A stretch of 46,791 nucleotides of DNA, taken from contig CBFIJD010000022.1 of assembly GCA_965662845.1 (NCBI GenBank), positions 3,400 through 50,190 of the forward strand, read 5' to 3'. Every line of letters starts with the position of its first letter. Position 1 is the first letter of the stretch. A program made the translations under genes and the position numbers. Of this stretch, positions 1 through 10,055 are shown piece after piece. Under the pieces are notes generated by a model, which ran no database searches, was not told the origin of the DNA, and saw nothing but the letters and a program-made list of their open reading frames with translations. Source of the DNA: an uncultured bacterium. GTDB taxonomy: Bacteria > SAR324 > NAC60-12.

Positions 1-1485
1 CCACAAGATAGCCGTCAGATATACGTATCCGATCATGAAACGAGGAAAAATGTGAGGTGGAAAAAAAAGTATCCAGATTACAGTGTTCAGCGCCCACACA
101 CTCAGTAGAAACCATGTCATTTTTTGCACTTTGATCCGTACACGAGGGAGCCCCTCCTTCGCACAACAGCTCAAAAAGCCAATCACGGCAAAGGCGACAC
201 AAGGTAAGCTCGCAAGGACGACTCCTAAAATTCGCTCAGGAAATTCGCTGGCATCACCACTGTTCAAACGAAAAGATGTTCGCAGCGCTTCCGACTCAAA
301 CGGATACCAATAGTTAGAGTGGAAGATCTCGTTCTTGAATGGAAAAAATGGGTTTTCAAAAATAAAAAAATTCTTAAAAAAGTTCAGTAGAAATAAACAA
401 GCACAACAAACTAAAAACAGCCAAAAACTGAGCTGACGGAATGGTATCTCTTTGAGTTTCCAAACTAGAAAACAGAGCACTAGCGGCCCCAAGAAAAATA
501 GCGAAGTAGCTTTCATGGCGACACAAAGACAAGAGAGAAAAAGTACCCACTGGAGAGTGTCTGCTGGGGTTTCTCTCTCTGCAAAATCCGCCTTCTCCTT
601 CATCAGAGCAATGATCAAAATATAAACTACAGCGATCAGATAATCTGGCTTAGCGACGGTGGCTTCAAGATGAAAAATTCCCAGCGCAGTCACAGCGAGG
701 GAAAGCGCCGTTCGCCACCACAAAGGCGCGGTTTGAAAGAGGTAGGTATGAGCGATCAAAAACAAAGATATGGTGCCCATCAAAGAATAAATAGCCTGAG
801 CAGATAGTTGAATGAGGTGGGAGTTGACTGTCCACGCTTGCAGACCAACCAATGCCAAGTCAAATAAACCAATTTGTGAATACAACTCTGCGTGAGAGAA
901 CCACTGAAAGCCACCGGCCAACAAATAATCTCTGCCTGCAGGCAAGTTGTAAAACAACGGATCTCCGAAAGAAAGATGGCTCAAGCTCGCCAACAAACGA
1001 CCCATCAAAAATATGAAAGTCAAACCCGCGCTAACTGGATAATTTCTATAAGAACCTAAAGATAGTGTCTGCCATTCAACTCTGTTTGATTTTACCAAGA
1101 AAATCAGAAGCGCAAGCACGCCTATAAGTGAAAACACTTTCAGCAGAGATCCATCTAAAAGTTGAGTGAAGCCCAACAGGTAAACAAACACTCCTTGAAT
1201 CGTCAGCCCGACAAGAATGGTCAAATAATTCCAGATGAAACTCTTTGAATGCGGTTGCAAATCCAAAGCATACGCTAGCAGTCGGCCCCAACCCCACCAA
1301 CTTGCGACGACCGCAACCGCACACAACAAGCTGAGAAAACGAAAACCGAAATGCGCAAATATGGAGTCACTAACAATGAAAACTTCTGCAAGTTCTCTAG
1401 AAAAAACTAACACAGAAGTAAGCATCAGCAACAACAGAGACCCCATCATTTTTTCTGTGTTGCTTTCATCCAAAATCATTCGCAT
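1..1485 (-). CDS. Polytopic membrane protein, putative GT-C-fold (ArnT/PMT/DUF1420-like) glycosyltransferase; 3' end truncated by the window edge
   Basis: Hand translation of the minus strand is open from ATG 1485 (alternatives 1479, 1449) through base 1. It is absent from the ORF track because the stop lies outside the window. Many TM segments; motifs DPLFYNLPAG, AKPDY, AMKATS, ENPFFPF and FPRFM resemble GT-C membrane glycosyltransferases. Divergent from a GT2 gene. Confidence 0.7.
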   Translation of the reverse strand, partial: MRMILDESNTEKMMGSLLLLMLTSVLVFSRELAEVFIVSDSIFAHFGFRFLSLLCAVAVVASWWGWGRLLAYALDLQPHSKSFIWNYLTILVGLTIQGVFVYLLGFTQLLDGSLLKVFSLIGVLALLIFLVKSNRVEWQTLSLGSYRNYPVSAGLTFIFLMGRLLASLSHLSFGDPLFYNLPAGRDYLLAGGFQWFSHAELYSQIGLFDLALVGLQAWTVNSHLIQLSAQAIYSLMGTISLFLIAHTYLFQTAPLWWRTALSLAVTALGIFHLEATVAKPDYLIAVVYILIIALMKEKADFAERETPADTLQWVLFLSCLCVAMKATSLFFLGPLVLCFLVWKLKEIPFRQLSFWLFLVCCACLFLLNFFKNFFIFENPFFPFKNEIFHSNYWYPFESEALRTSFRLNSGDASEFPERILGVVLASLPCVAFAVIGFLSCCAKEGLPRVRIKVQKMTWFLLSVWALNTVIWILFFPPHIFPRFMIGYVYLTAILW

Positions 1486-1592
1486 TATCTGAACATCTGA
1501 AAAAGGCTGAGTATTGAGTTTAACTTAATTTTCTTGTTTCATAGACGAAGACAAAAAAACAAAATCTAACAATTCATAAACATCATCTAAAA

Positions 1593-2285
1593 ATGAAATT
1601 ATCTATTGTAATTCCTTGCTATAATGAACAAGAAACCATTGCCCAAATTTTGAACGCTGTTCACGAAAGCCCTGTCAGCGATAAGGAAATCATCGTGGTA
1701 GATGATTGTTCAAATGACGGAACCCGTGGGCTCTTACAAAATGAGCTAAGAGGTCAGTTTCACAAACTCATTTTCCACGATGTTAATCAAGGGAAGGGTG
1801 CTGCGATTCGCTCTGGTCTTCAAGAAGCAACAGGAGAGATTGTGCTGATTCAAGATGCGGACTTGGAATATGATCCTCGAGAATATCCTAAATTGATCCA
1901 GCCTATCATTGAGGGGCGGGCGGATGTCGTGTATGGCTCTCGCTTTCGGAGCGGAGACGCCGCGCGTGTTTTGTATTATTGGCACCGTCTCGGAAACCTG
2001 TTTCTCACCATGCTTTCCAACATGTTCACTAATCTCAATCTAACCGACATGGAAACGTGCTACAAAGTGTTCAGAAAAGAGGTGATTGCGCAGTTTACTA
2101 TTGAAGAAAACCGGTTTGGAATGGAACCAGAAATCACCGCAAAAATTGCTAAGATTCGCCCTCATCTCCGAATTTATGAGGTTGGCATTTCATACTATGG
2201 GCGCACTTATGAGGAGGGCAAAAAGATTGGTTGGCGGGATGGATTTCGGGCAATTTATGCGATCTTCAAATACAACTTGCGATAA
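1593..2285 (+). CDS. Glycosyltransferase family 2, DPM1/GtrB-like polyprenol-phosphate glycosyltransferase
   Basis: Motifs [62 protein letters not shown]. Confidence 0.93.
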   Translation: MKLSIVIPCYNEQETIAQILNAVHESPVSDKEIIVVDDCSNDGTRGLLQNELRGQFHKLIFHDVNQGKGAAIRSGLQEATGEIVLIQDADLEYDPREYPKLIQPIIEGRADVVYGSRFRSGDAARVLYYWHRLGNLFLTMLSNMFTNLNLTDMETCYKVFRKEVIAQFTIEENRFGMEPEITAKIAKIRPHLRIYEVGISYYGRTYEEGKKIGWRDGFRAIYAIFKYNLR

Positions 2286-2380
2286 AAAAAGCTGCTATTG
2301 AGGTATTTTGCGGTGCGCTTGCAAAACCAGCCCGCTCTACAAAACCCACAACCACGCGGCGACTCAACTTGGATATTGCG

Positions 2381-3088
2381 ATGAGATGGATTTTCTTCTC
2401 CTGCATGGCGTTGCTCATTTTGATTGGGGGCACAACCAGTCTGTCCATCTGGTATCTCACACAACCTAAGACATTGGCGGAGCTTCGCCGCAACGCAGAG
2501 CAAAACTTACGCCGATCCTTTGAAGAGGAGGGGTTTGCCGTGTCGTTGGCAGGCACCAACGTCCAGGACGATCCGTTTCAGATTGTGTGGGATGAGCTGC
2601 GGCTGGCCAAACCCGCGACGGGTTCCGCGTTGCGAGACTTGATTGAAGAGGTCGTGTTTTCTGACTGCTATTTGCGCCCGGGGCTCTCTGGCTTGCGCGT
2701 CAAGTTGACTCTCCGGTGCGCCTTGATTCAGCTGAAGCACCCCGCGTTGGATTGGAGGCGTCCGACCAATGCTGCGTATGAGACGATTCGCAACACCTAC
2801 TTCGTCGCCTCCGATTGGAACACGTTCTATCGCAAACAGGGCTGGCTCCATGTGTTTGTGAAGGCTCAACAGCTGCGCGTGAACGGCACCGTCTCCGCCG
2901 ATTTGGAGATGGACTATCGTTTTGTAGAAGACTTGGCGCTACAGCTCCGCTTTCCTCGTTTGGACAAGGAATATCGCATCGAACCTCAACCCGAAGGTCT
3001 GCTCCTTCAATCTGGGGAAGAAGAGATTTTGATCCTAAACCCCTCGCGGCGACAAGCGATCTTTTCCTCACCTGACCTCCCCGAGTAG
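2381..3088 (+). CDS. Hypothetical protein with N-terminal membrane anchor
   Basis: ATG at 2381 (MRWIFFSCMALLILIGG...) gives a hydrophobic N-terminus. The longer ORF-track start overlaps the GT2 gene. No family recognised. Confidence 0.6.
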   Translation: MRWIFFSCMALLILIGGTTSLSIWYLTQPKTLAELRRNAEQNLRRSFEEEGFAVSLAGTNVQDDPFQIVWDELRLAKPATGSALRDLIEEVVFSDCYLRPGLSGLRVKLTLRCALIQLKHPALDWRRPTNAAYETIRNTYFVASDWNTFYRKQGWLHVFVKAQQLRVNGTVSADLEMDYRFVEDLALQLRFPRLDKEYRIEPQPEGLLLQSGEEEILILNPSRRQAIFSSPDLPE

Positions 3089-3103
3089 CCTCCAAATGAG
3101 AGG

Positions 3104-3619
3104 TTAAACGTCGGCCTTCTCTTCTGGAATGGACTCTGCGATGGACGCGACCATCTCTAACTCGGCGCTGCTGAAGATGCGCTCTAAGTCCAAGAGCGTC
3201 ACGAAGGCTTCGCCCTGTCGGCCCATTCCCTGGATGAACTCCACTTGCAAGCGTGAGCCAATCCTAGGCGGTGGGTGGATGTCGCCGGCGCTGAGTTCCA
3301 GCACTTCTTGGACGGCGTCGGTGAGAACGCCCAGCTGCGTCCCTTCGCCGTCGAGCGTCAGCTCGACCACCACGACACAGGTGTCGACGGTTTGGGGAGT
3401 AGGGGACATTTGAAAGCGCACCCGCAAATCAACGACAGGCACCACGCTGCCCCGCAAGTTGATCACTCCCCGCATATACTCTGGGGTGAGGGGGACTCGT
3501 GTCGAGCCTCGAAACTCCAACACTTCGCGCACATGCTGAATAGAGAAGGCGTAAAGCTCCTCATCCAACACGAAGGTTAAGTATTGCTGACCGATCGCGG
3601 TTTGGGTCTCTGCGTTCAT
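3104..3619 (-). CDS. cheW: Chemotaxis coupling protein CheW
   Basis: QYLTFVLDEELYAF, VREVLE, MRGVINLRGSVVPVVDLR, GVLTDAVQEV; start trimmed to MNAETQ at 3619, a 4-nt overlap with the STAS gene stop. Confidence 0.95.
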   Translation of the reverse strand: MNAETQTAIGQQYLTFVLDEELYAFSIQHVREVLEFRGSTRVPLTPEYMRGVINLRGSVVPVVDLRVRFQMSPTPQTVDTCVVVVELTLDGEGTQLGVLTDAVQEVLELSAGDIHPPPRIGSRLQVEFIQGMGRQGEAFVTLLDLERIFSSAELEMVASIAESIPEEKADV

Positions 3620-3927
3620 GTCTCGCTCTCTTTGCGATGTGGATTCCACGGGAACGTCGCGCCTCCAAAGTGCAGGGCGTCTTGCAGGGCCTGCGGCAAA
3701 GGAGACTGTAACTGTAACGCTTGACCGCGCTGCTGACACAACAGATAGCAGGCATGCAGCAGCTGCACTCCCGCTTCATCTACCCGCTCGACCTCTTTCC
3801 AGACCAACCGCAACTCTGGCGCTTTGCAGACATCCAGTTGGTGCAGCAGTTCTTTTTGCAGCAGCACGACGCGCGCTAAGGTCAAGTCGCCTTCAAGCAC
3901 AAGCTCTCCCGTTTCAGCGCTCATCAA
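3616..3927 (-). CDS. STAS-domain protein of the chemosensory cluster
   Basis: [12 protein letters not shown]...[17 protein letters not shown] fits the STAS_2 pattern; overlaps the mcp stop and the cheW start. Confidence 0.8.
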   Translation of the reverse strand: MMSAETGELVLEGDLTLARVVLLQKELLHQLDVCKAPELRLVWKEVERVDEAGVQLLHACYLLCQQRGQALQLQSPLPQALQDALHFGGATFPWNPHRKESET

Positions 3928-6032
3928 AATCGCTCAAATTCTTGGTCTATGTCATCTAAGCCGCCGCTAGTCGGCTGGACTCCTGCGCCACCTCCCTGCG
4001 CTGGGGTCGCGATCGTGCCGCCGGTTGTGCTCTGCTGCCAAGTGGCCGCCGCTCCTTGCTTCGGGCGCTGTGGCTGGCTGTGTGGAATCTTCGGAACCGG
4101 AGAGTGCGCGGCGTTTTCGAGGCGTCGTTGCAGCTGCCGCTCATCGAGTTGAAAGAAGTTCATGTTCTCCAGCATCTGCTGTCCTTGGCCAGCCAGCTCT
4201 TCGGTGGTCGCCGCCAGCTCTTCGGAGGCGGAGGCGTTCTGCTGCACGACCTGATCCATCTGCTGCAACGCTAAATTGATTTGCCCGATGCCGCTGTTTT
4301 GTTCGCGGGACGCTGCGCTGATCTCTTGTACCAGCTCGGAGGTCTGGCGAATGTCGGGCACCAGCTGGCGCAACATCTCTCCGGCGCGCTCGGCGACTTG
4401 CACGCTGCTGTCGGCCAGCTCGTTGATCTCCGCCGCGGCTTTCTGGCTATGCTCTGCGAGCTTGCGCACTTCTGACGCGACGACGGCGAACCCCTTGCCG
4501 TGCTCTCCGGCGCGCGCCGCTTCAATCGCGGCGTTCAAGGCGAGCAAGTTGGTCTGTCGCGCAATCTCTTCGATCACCGAGATTTTGTCGGCAATTTGCC
4601 GCATCGCGACGACGGTCTGCTCTACGGCTTCGCCGCTTTGTTCGGCGTGTCCGGCGGCTTTGCGGGCGATCTTCTCGGTTTGATTCGCGTTGTCGGCGTT
4701 TTGTTGCACGCTGCTGCTCATCTCTTCCATCGAAGACGAGGTCTCCTCGACCGAGGAGGCTTGTTCACTGGCGCCTTGCGACAGCTGCTGCGCGGTGGAG
4801 CTGATCTGCTGGCTGCCTCCTGCCACATTCTCGGCGGCGCTGCGGATGTCTGCGACAATCGCGCGCAGGCTCTCTGTCATCTCTTTGACAGACGCGAGGA
4901 TGCCGGTTGCGTTGCGGCTCCCCAAGTTTTGCTTCAGGTCTCCACGGGAGAGCTTTTGTACAATGTCTGCGATCGCGTCGGGTTCCCCCCCCAGTTGTCG
5001 CAAGATGCCCCACACGATCAGAAACCCGATCAGCACGCCCAGCAGCATGCCGCCACCGGCGACAGAGAGCATCCGCGTGTTGGCTACATCGTAGGCATTT
5101 TGTGAAATTTCCCGATCGCGGCGCAGCGCCTCTTCGTCTTGCTCCAGCAGCTGCATTCCCAACGCAAGAGCCCGCTCGCTGGCGGCTTGGGCCGCGCCAT
5201 CAGAGAGCGCAAAGGCGCGGTTGTTACCGTTTTCAAGCGCGAGGCGCAGCACATCTTCATGGACGTTGAGATAGGCCGTGTAGCGGTCTCGCAGAGTCTG
5301 AATCTCGCTTGACTGATTGAGCAGCGAGTTCTCGTCTATCTGTCGCAGAGAGGACGCCAGCGACTCTCGCAGAGCGCGCGACTGTTGGGCGAATCCTTCC
5401 ATCTCTCGCTCGCTCTCGGCGAGCACGATGTTCTTCTCGGTGTTTTGCAATCGCTGCGACAGCTGGGTGAAGCGTCCTAGGCTCTGGCTCGCGTCGAGGA
5501 TCGCCCGCAAGCGTTCATCTTGCAGATCGAAGCGCAGCTGTTCTTGCAGCACAACGAGCTGGTCATCCAATCGATCAAACGCGTCTTGCCCATCCTTTTG
5601 AGAGAGCGCGGTTGCGCGGTTGTTGGAGTTCAACGCTGCGAGCGCGAGGACTTCTTCTAAAATGCGTTGGTATTCGTTGGACTCTTCACGGAGACGCTCC
5701 AGCGTTTGGCGATTTTCGTTATTCACGAGCCCATCTAATTGATCCAGGCGCTCGTTCAAAGAGGTCTCCTGTCTCCGAATTCGCTCCTCAATCTCTTGCA
5801 TCTGCGCTACATCGTTAGAGAGGATCAAACTCTTTTCGTCGCGCGATAAGATCAGGAGATCTTCGACCAGCTTGGCGTTGACCTGCAGGCGAGCGACCGG
5901 CCCGTTGAGCGTTTGCTGCAAGCGTTCATTCATCAAGAACATGCCGTCGGTGCCCAGATACGTCAGCACCCCCAGCAGTAAGAACAGCGCACCAAAGCCT
6001 CCGATGAGCTGCGCTTTCACCGTAAGTTTCAT
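3924..6032 (-). CDS. Methyl-accepting chemotaxis protein with tandem four-helix-bundle sensor and C-terminal pentapeptide
   Basis: Two TM helices; signalling hairpin [38 protein letters not shown]; flexible tail ending EFERF. Confidence 0.96.
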   Translation of the reverse strand: MKLTVKAQLIGGFGALFLLLGVLTYLGTDGMFLMNERLQQTLNGPVARLQVNAKLVEDLLILSRDEKSLILSNDVAQMQEIEERIRRQETSLNERLDQLDGLVNNENRQTLERLREESNEYQRILEEVLALAALNSNNRATALSQKDGQDAFDRLDDQLVVLQEQLRFDLQDERLRAILDASQSLGRFTQLSQRLQNTEKNIVLAESEREMEGFAQQSRALRESLASSLRQIDENSLLNQSSEIQTLRDRYTAYLNVHEDVLRLALENGNNRAFALSDGAAQAASERALALGMQLLEQDEEALRRDREISQNAYDVANTRMLSVAGGGMLLGVLIGFLIVWGILRQLGGEPDAIADIVQKLSRGDLKQNLGSRNATGILASVKEMTESLRAIVADIRSAAENVAGGSQQISSTAQQLSQGASEQASSVEETSSSMEEMSSSVQQNADNANQTEKIARKAAGHAEQSGEAVEQTVVAMRQIADKISVIEEIARQTNLLALNAAIEAARAGEHGKGFAVVASEVRKLAEHSQKAAAEINELADSSVQVAERAGEMLRQLVPDIRQTSELVQEISAASREQNSGIGQINLALQQMDQVVQQNASASEELAATTEELAGQGQQMLENMNFFQLDERQLQRRLENAAHSPVPKIPHSQPQRPKQGAAATWQQSTTGGTIATPAQGGGAGVQPTSGGLDDIDQEFERF

Positions 6033-7978
6033 AGAGAATCCTTCGCAGAGAGAGAGTCAGAGACCTGCGGCACCGCATGCAGCAGGGAGAATAAATCTAA
6101 GATTAGCGCGATGCTGCCATCGCCCAAGATCGTCGCGCCCGAAATTCCACGCACATTGCGATAGAAGCTCCCCAGCGGCTTGACGACGGTTTGGTGTTTT
6201 CCAACGACCTGATCGACCACGAACCCGAAGCGCTCCTGATCACGGATGATGATGACTTGCTGTAGCGGCTCGGGCTCTCCGGGTACATCGAACATCTGTC
6301 GCAACGAGATGCAGGAGATCAACTCATCACGAATTCGTAGCGTTCCGCCTTCTGGGCGCTGCGAGACGGCCGCAAACGGGACCTCTACGACCTCTTCGAT
6401 GGCTGAGAGAGGGAACACATAGTTTTCGCTGCCCAGCATCACATGCAGCCCATCAATGATGGCCAGAGTCAACGGGATCGTGAGCTGAAAGCGAGTCCCC
6501 ACGCCCGGCTTGCTCTGTAGTTGCAGCGAGCCTCCCAAGTTCTCGATGTTCCGCCGCACGACGTCCATGCCCACACCGCGCCCCGACAGATCGGTCACTT
6601 CCTCGGCTGTGGAGAAGCCAGGCAACAGAATCAGCTCTTGGAGCTGGGCTTCTGTCAGGTGGTCGTTTTCGCTGATGAGGCCCCGCGCCAACGCTCTCTG
6701 CCGCACCTTTTCTGCGTCAATCCCCCGCCCGTCGTCCGACAGCTCAATCCGCACCATTGTGCCCACATACCCCGCTTTGAGCCGGAGTTCTCCCGTCGTG
6801 GGTTTCCCTGCGGCTACCCGCTCTGTCGGAGTCTCTAAGCCGTGGTCAAAACAGTTGCGTAGCAAGTGCGCGAGGGGGTCTTGCAGCTGCTCAATCACCG
6901 ATTTGTCGAGCTCTGTGTCTTCGCCCTCCAGCTGTAAGCGCACATCCTTACTCAGACGTTGCGACAGATCCCGCGCCACTCGGCGACAGCGAGAAAACAG
7001 AGCTCGCACTGGGGTCATGCGGATCTCCATCGTCGCCTCGCGCAACCCCGCGACCAAGCGCTCCATCTCCTCGCTCAACGGCTGTAGCTCTTGGAACGCG
7101 GGCTCGCGCGTGCGCTGGGTGAAGCGCGCTTGCAGGGTGACCATCTCTCCGACTAGGTTCACCAACCGGTCTAGCTTTTGGTGAGGGACGCGCAGCGAGG
7201 CTTCCATCGCGTTGGCAGCGCTGACGGATTCCGCCCCATGTTCTTCGGCGTTGCGGGCATTTGCAGGGTTTGGCTCGGTTGGGAGCACCTCTTCGATGGT
7301 GAGCTCCACATCGTCTTCGACAAACATGAAGACCTCTTCCAGGGCCTCGCGTTGAGCGTCTGTCACCAGTTCGATGTCCCAGCCGCTATAGCAGCTCGCG
7401 GGGTCGAGCATATCCAAGGTGGGGATTGCTTGGTGTCGCCAATGGAAGGTGATGGATTCACTCAATTCTTCTAGTTCACGCAGCAGAGGCAGCAGCCGGT
7501 TGCCGGTGTGCCACACGTGGGAATGAGGCGTGAACTGCAAAGCAAACGTGCGTTGTGGGGAAGAGGCGCGAGCCGCGGGGCCCACAGGCGGGAGCGTCAG
7601 CGCCTGTTGCAGCTGCAACATCAGCGAGCGTTGCTCCACCAGCGGCTGCTCCTCTCGATGGGCTGCGTGGAAGAGCTTGCGGCAATGGTCAATCACCGTC
7701 AGCGAGAGAGTGATCACTTCCGTACGAGGCGCCGCTTGCTCTGCGCGGAGCTGATCAAAAAAGGTCTCTAGCTCATGCGTCACGTCTACCACAGGGCGCA
7801 GCCCCATCATGCCCGCGATCCCCTTCAGGGTGTGAAGAGCCCGAAATGTTTGGTGAATGAGTTCCAGATCGGAGGGGTTCTGCTCCAGCGCCAGCAGATC
7901 CTGCTCTAAGATTTCGCAGAGTTCGTCGGCTTCTTGCAGGAAAGTCGATTGGAGCGCGTCGGGAATGGAGGGAGGCAT
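6029..7978 (-). CDS. cheA: Chemotaxis histidine kinase CheA
   Basis: Hpt FRALHTLKG; dimerisation [12 protein letters not shown]; HATPase [43 protein letters not shown]-terminal CheW-like domain. Confidence 0.97.
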   Translation of the reverse strand: MPPSIPDALQSTFLQEADELCEILEQDLLALEQNPSDLELIHQTFRALHTLKGIAGMMGLRPVVDVTHELETFFDQLRAEQAAPRTEVITLSLTVIDHCRKLFHAAHREEQPLVEQRSLMLQLQQALTLPPVGPAARASSPQRTFALQFTPHSHVWHTGNRLLPLLRELEELSESITFHWRHQAIPTLDMLDPASCYSGWDIELVTDAQREALEEVFMFVEDDVELTIEEVLPTEPNPANARNAEEHGAESVSAANAMEASLRVPHQKLDRLVNLVGEMVTLQARFTQRTREPAFQELQPLSEEMERLVAGLREATMEIRMTPVRALFSRCRRVARDLSQRLSKDVRLQLEGEDTELDKSVIEQLQDPLAHLLRNCFDHGLETPTERVAAGKPTTGELRLKAGYVGTMVRIELSDDGRGIDAEKVRQRALARGLISENDHLTEAQLQELILLPGFSTAEEVTDLSGRGVGMDVVRRNIENLGGSLQLQSKPGVGTRFQLTIPLTLAIIDGLHVMLGSENYVFPLSAIEEVVEVPFAAVSQRPEGGTLRIRDELISCISLRQMFDVPGEPEPLQQVIIIRDQERFGFVVDQVVGKHQTVVKPLGSFYRNVRGISGATILGDGSIALILDLFSLLHAVPQVSDSLSAKDSL

Positions 7979-7985
7979 GCTCGGC

Positions 7986-8354
7986 TCAGGTGACCTTGCG
8001 AATCACGCCCAAGAGACGCTCGGGCTCAAAAGGCTTCACAATCCAACCAGTGGCCCCAGCTTGTCGAGCTTGTTGCTTACGATCCGTGGCTCCTTCGGTG
8101 GTGAGGAACAAGATCGGGGTGAAGCGATAGTCTTCTCGCTCGCGGACCGCGCGGATGAAGGCGAGCCCGTCCATGTTGGGCATGTTGAGATCGGTGATGA
8201 TCAGATCAAAAGGAGAGGCATGCTCTTGGATACGTTCGAGCCCGAGTAGACCGTCTTCTGCCTCGGTCACCGTATATGCCTCGCCTTCGAGGGTGAAGCG
8301 CACCATTTGTAAGATGGAAGGAGAATCGTCAACAATCAGAACGTGTAGCGACAT
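7986..8354 (-). CDS. cheY: Chemotaxis response regulator CheY
   Basis: Single REC domain: VLIVDDS, IITDLNMPNMDG, FLTTE, GATGWIVKPF; directly upstream of cheA. Confidence 0.93.
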   Translation of the reverse strand: MSLHVLIVDDSPSILQMVRFTLEGEAYTVTEAEDGLLGLERIQEHASPFDLIITDLNMPNMDGLAFIRAVREREDYRFTPILFLTTEGATDRKQQARQAGATGWIVKPFEPERLLGVIRKVT

Positions 8355-8381
8355 GAAGAACTCAACGGCTGGGGAAGAAAA

Positions 8382-9878
8382 TCATTTGGGCAGGGCTTGC
8401 AAAGTGCGGAGTCCCTGCAGCAACATCTGCTGCATTTGGTTGCTTTGTTCCTGAAGCGATTGGCTGCACTGCGTGATCTCTTGCAGCTGCAGGAGCTCTT
8501 CCATTTGCGCAAGTTGGTGCTGCTGCAGTTGATCACGGATGCGGCTGTTGCCGGCCATCCACAGTTGTCGACTCTGTTCAATTTGGCTCAGCGTCAGCTC
8601 TTGTTGTTGCAGCAGCTGGCGGGTGTTCTGAGACTGCAAGCGCATCTCTAGCAGCTGCAGGCTGAGTTGGCTCGTGAATTGGCTGAGTTCTTCGGTTTTT
8701 TGCAGCAGTGGCGTGAGGTGTTCCAGCAGCTCTTGCGCGAGAGAAGACCAGCGGGCGTTTTCGCTTTGATCGCTCTGCAGCTGTCCATACAGCGTCAATA
8801 GGCGGGCGCGGAGGCCGCCCTGTGTCACGCGGTGCAGGCTCTCTTGCAAGGAAGCGAGATGCTGCTGCACTTGTTGGAGGGTGTTTTGGCGGTTGTGCAT
8901 CAGCTCTTTGCGCTGCTGCTGGTAGTGCTGCACGTTCTCAATCGCGGGGAAGGTCTCGGTTGGGTTGTGATTGAGCTGATGGTAGGTGTCGAGCAGCTGT
9001 TGGTTCTCGCGCGTCTGCTCGCGCTGGATGCGAGTGAATTCTCCATAAGCCTGCTGCGACCGCTCCGCAAAGCGCTGATCTTCTTCTGCAATGCTCAGCA
9101 GATTTTGTATCCACTCTTGCAGCCACTGAAGCGAGATGCCGTTTTCTGCAGACGCGCCAGGACTCAGCAGGCGTTGCATCATCAGGGTTTGCAGAAACTC
9201 CAGCGTTGGCAGCACTGGACGCAAGGTTGCCCACTCTTGGCCCCACTCAAAGAGATGGGGCATCAGCGCGTTGACGTGGCGCACCTTGCCCAAATCTGAG
9301 AAGAGATTCACGAGATTCTCCAGCGCCTGCTCGTTGGGGAGCTGCACCGCGGCTTCATCGGACAGCTCCACTTCTTCGAGCGCGAAGGCTCCATGAGACA
9401 GTTGATCGGACAGCTCCAAGACATTCCGCTGGAGTTCTTCTAGCAGCAGCTGCTGTCGCTGAAGGCGCTCCTCATTTTCCCAGTTCTCTGCCGCCACGCG
9501 TAAGACTTCTTGCAAGCGCAAAATCAAATATTGCAGCTCGCCTAGCCTCATTTGCAGCTGTTCGTTGCGCGCGTTCCACAAGTGCACTTGCTGCTGTCCG
9601 CTCTCATCTTCTTGCCGCAACAAACGCATCAGCTCGTACAAGCGGTTGTAGATCATTGGAGTCTGCTGCAAGCGCTTGCGGTTTTCTTCGGCTGTGTTGT
9701 GCAGACGGAATTGGTTGTGTTCGCTCTTTTGCAGGTGACCTTGGAGCTGGCGTATGTATTGGCGAGCTTGCTGTGTGATGCGCTGACGCTCGCGAGCATG
9801 GTGCAGCAGCTCTCCCCAAGCGTGCAGCATGGGAGTCAAGTTTTGCGAAACGTCGAGGGGCGCTTTTGCTGGAATCAT
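8382..9878 (-). CDS. Soluble Gln/Leu-rich coiled-coil protein (X2), possibly a highly degenerate MCP-like protein
   Basis: 498-aa ORF inside the che cluster with no TM. RARLLTLYGQLQSDQSENARWSSLAQEL loosely follows the MCP hairpin pattern. Confidence 0.7.
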   Translation of the reverse strand: MIPAKAPLDVSQNLTPMLHAWGELLHHARERQRITQQARQYIRQLQGHLQKSEHNQFRLHNTAEENRKRLQQTPMIYNRLYELMRLLRQEDESGQQQVHLWNARNEQLQMRLGELQYLILRLQEVLRVAAENWENEERLQRQQLLLEELQRNVLELSDQLSHGAFALEEVELSDEAAVQLPNEQALENLVNLFSDLGKVRHVNALMPHLFEWGQEWATLRPVLPTLEFLQTLMMQRLLSPGASAENGISLQWLQEWIQNLLSIAEEDQRFAERSQQAYGEFTRIQREQTRENQQLLDTYHQLNHNPTETFPAIENVQHYQQQRKELMHNRQNTLQQVQQHLASLQESLHRVTQGGLRARLLTLYGQLQSDQSENARWSSLAQELLEHLTPLLQKTEELSQFTSQLSLQLLEMRLQSQNTRQLLQQQELTLSQIEQSRQLWMAGNSRIRDQLQQHQLAQMEELLQLQEITQCSQSLQEQSNQMQQMLLQGLRTLQALPK

Positions 9879-10055
9879 GCGGGGCGGACTCGCAAGGGGC
9901 AGACGTGCTTCATGAGCCTAGTTTGTGACTAAAGTGTTTCAAAATGGTCGCGCTTTTTTTGAAGGGGCTCAAAATATTACCAAAATGTGACGTAAGCAAG
10001 ACGATTCTCTACGCACACGGGTTGAAGTCAACGCTTCATTTTTCTGACAAAACGT

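Noticed and set aside
9920..10005. TGTGA half-sites (also near 13430 and 43770) as CRP boxes linking the cyclase to the che genes
   Set aside because: The second half-site TCACA is missing at the required 6-nt spacing in each case.
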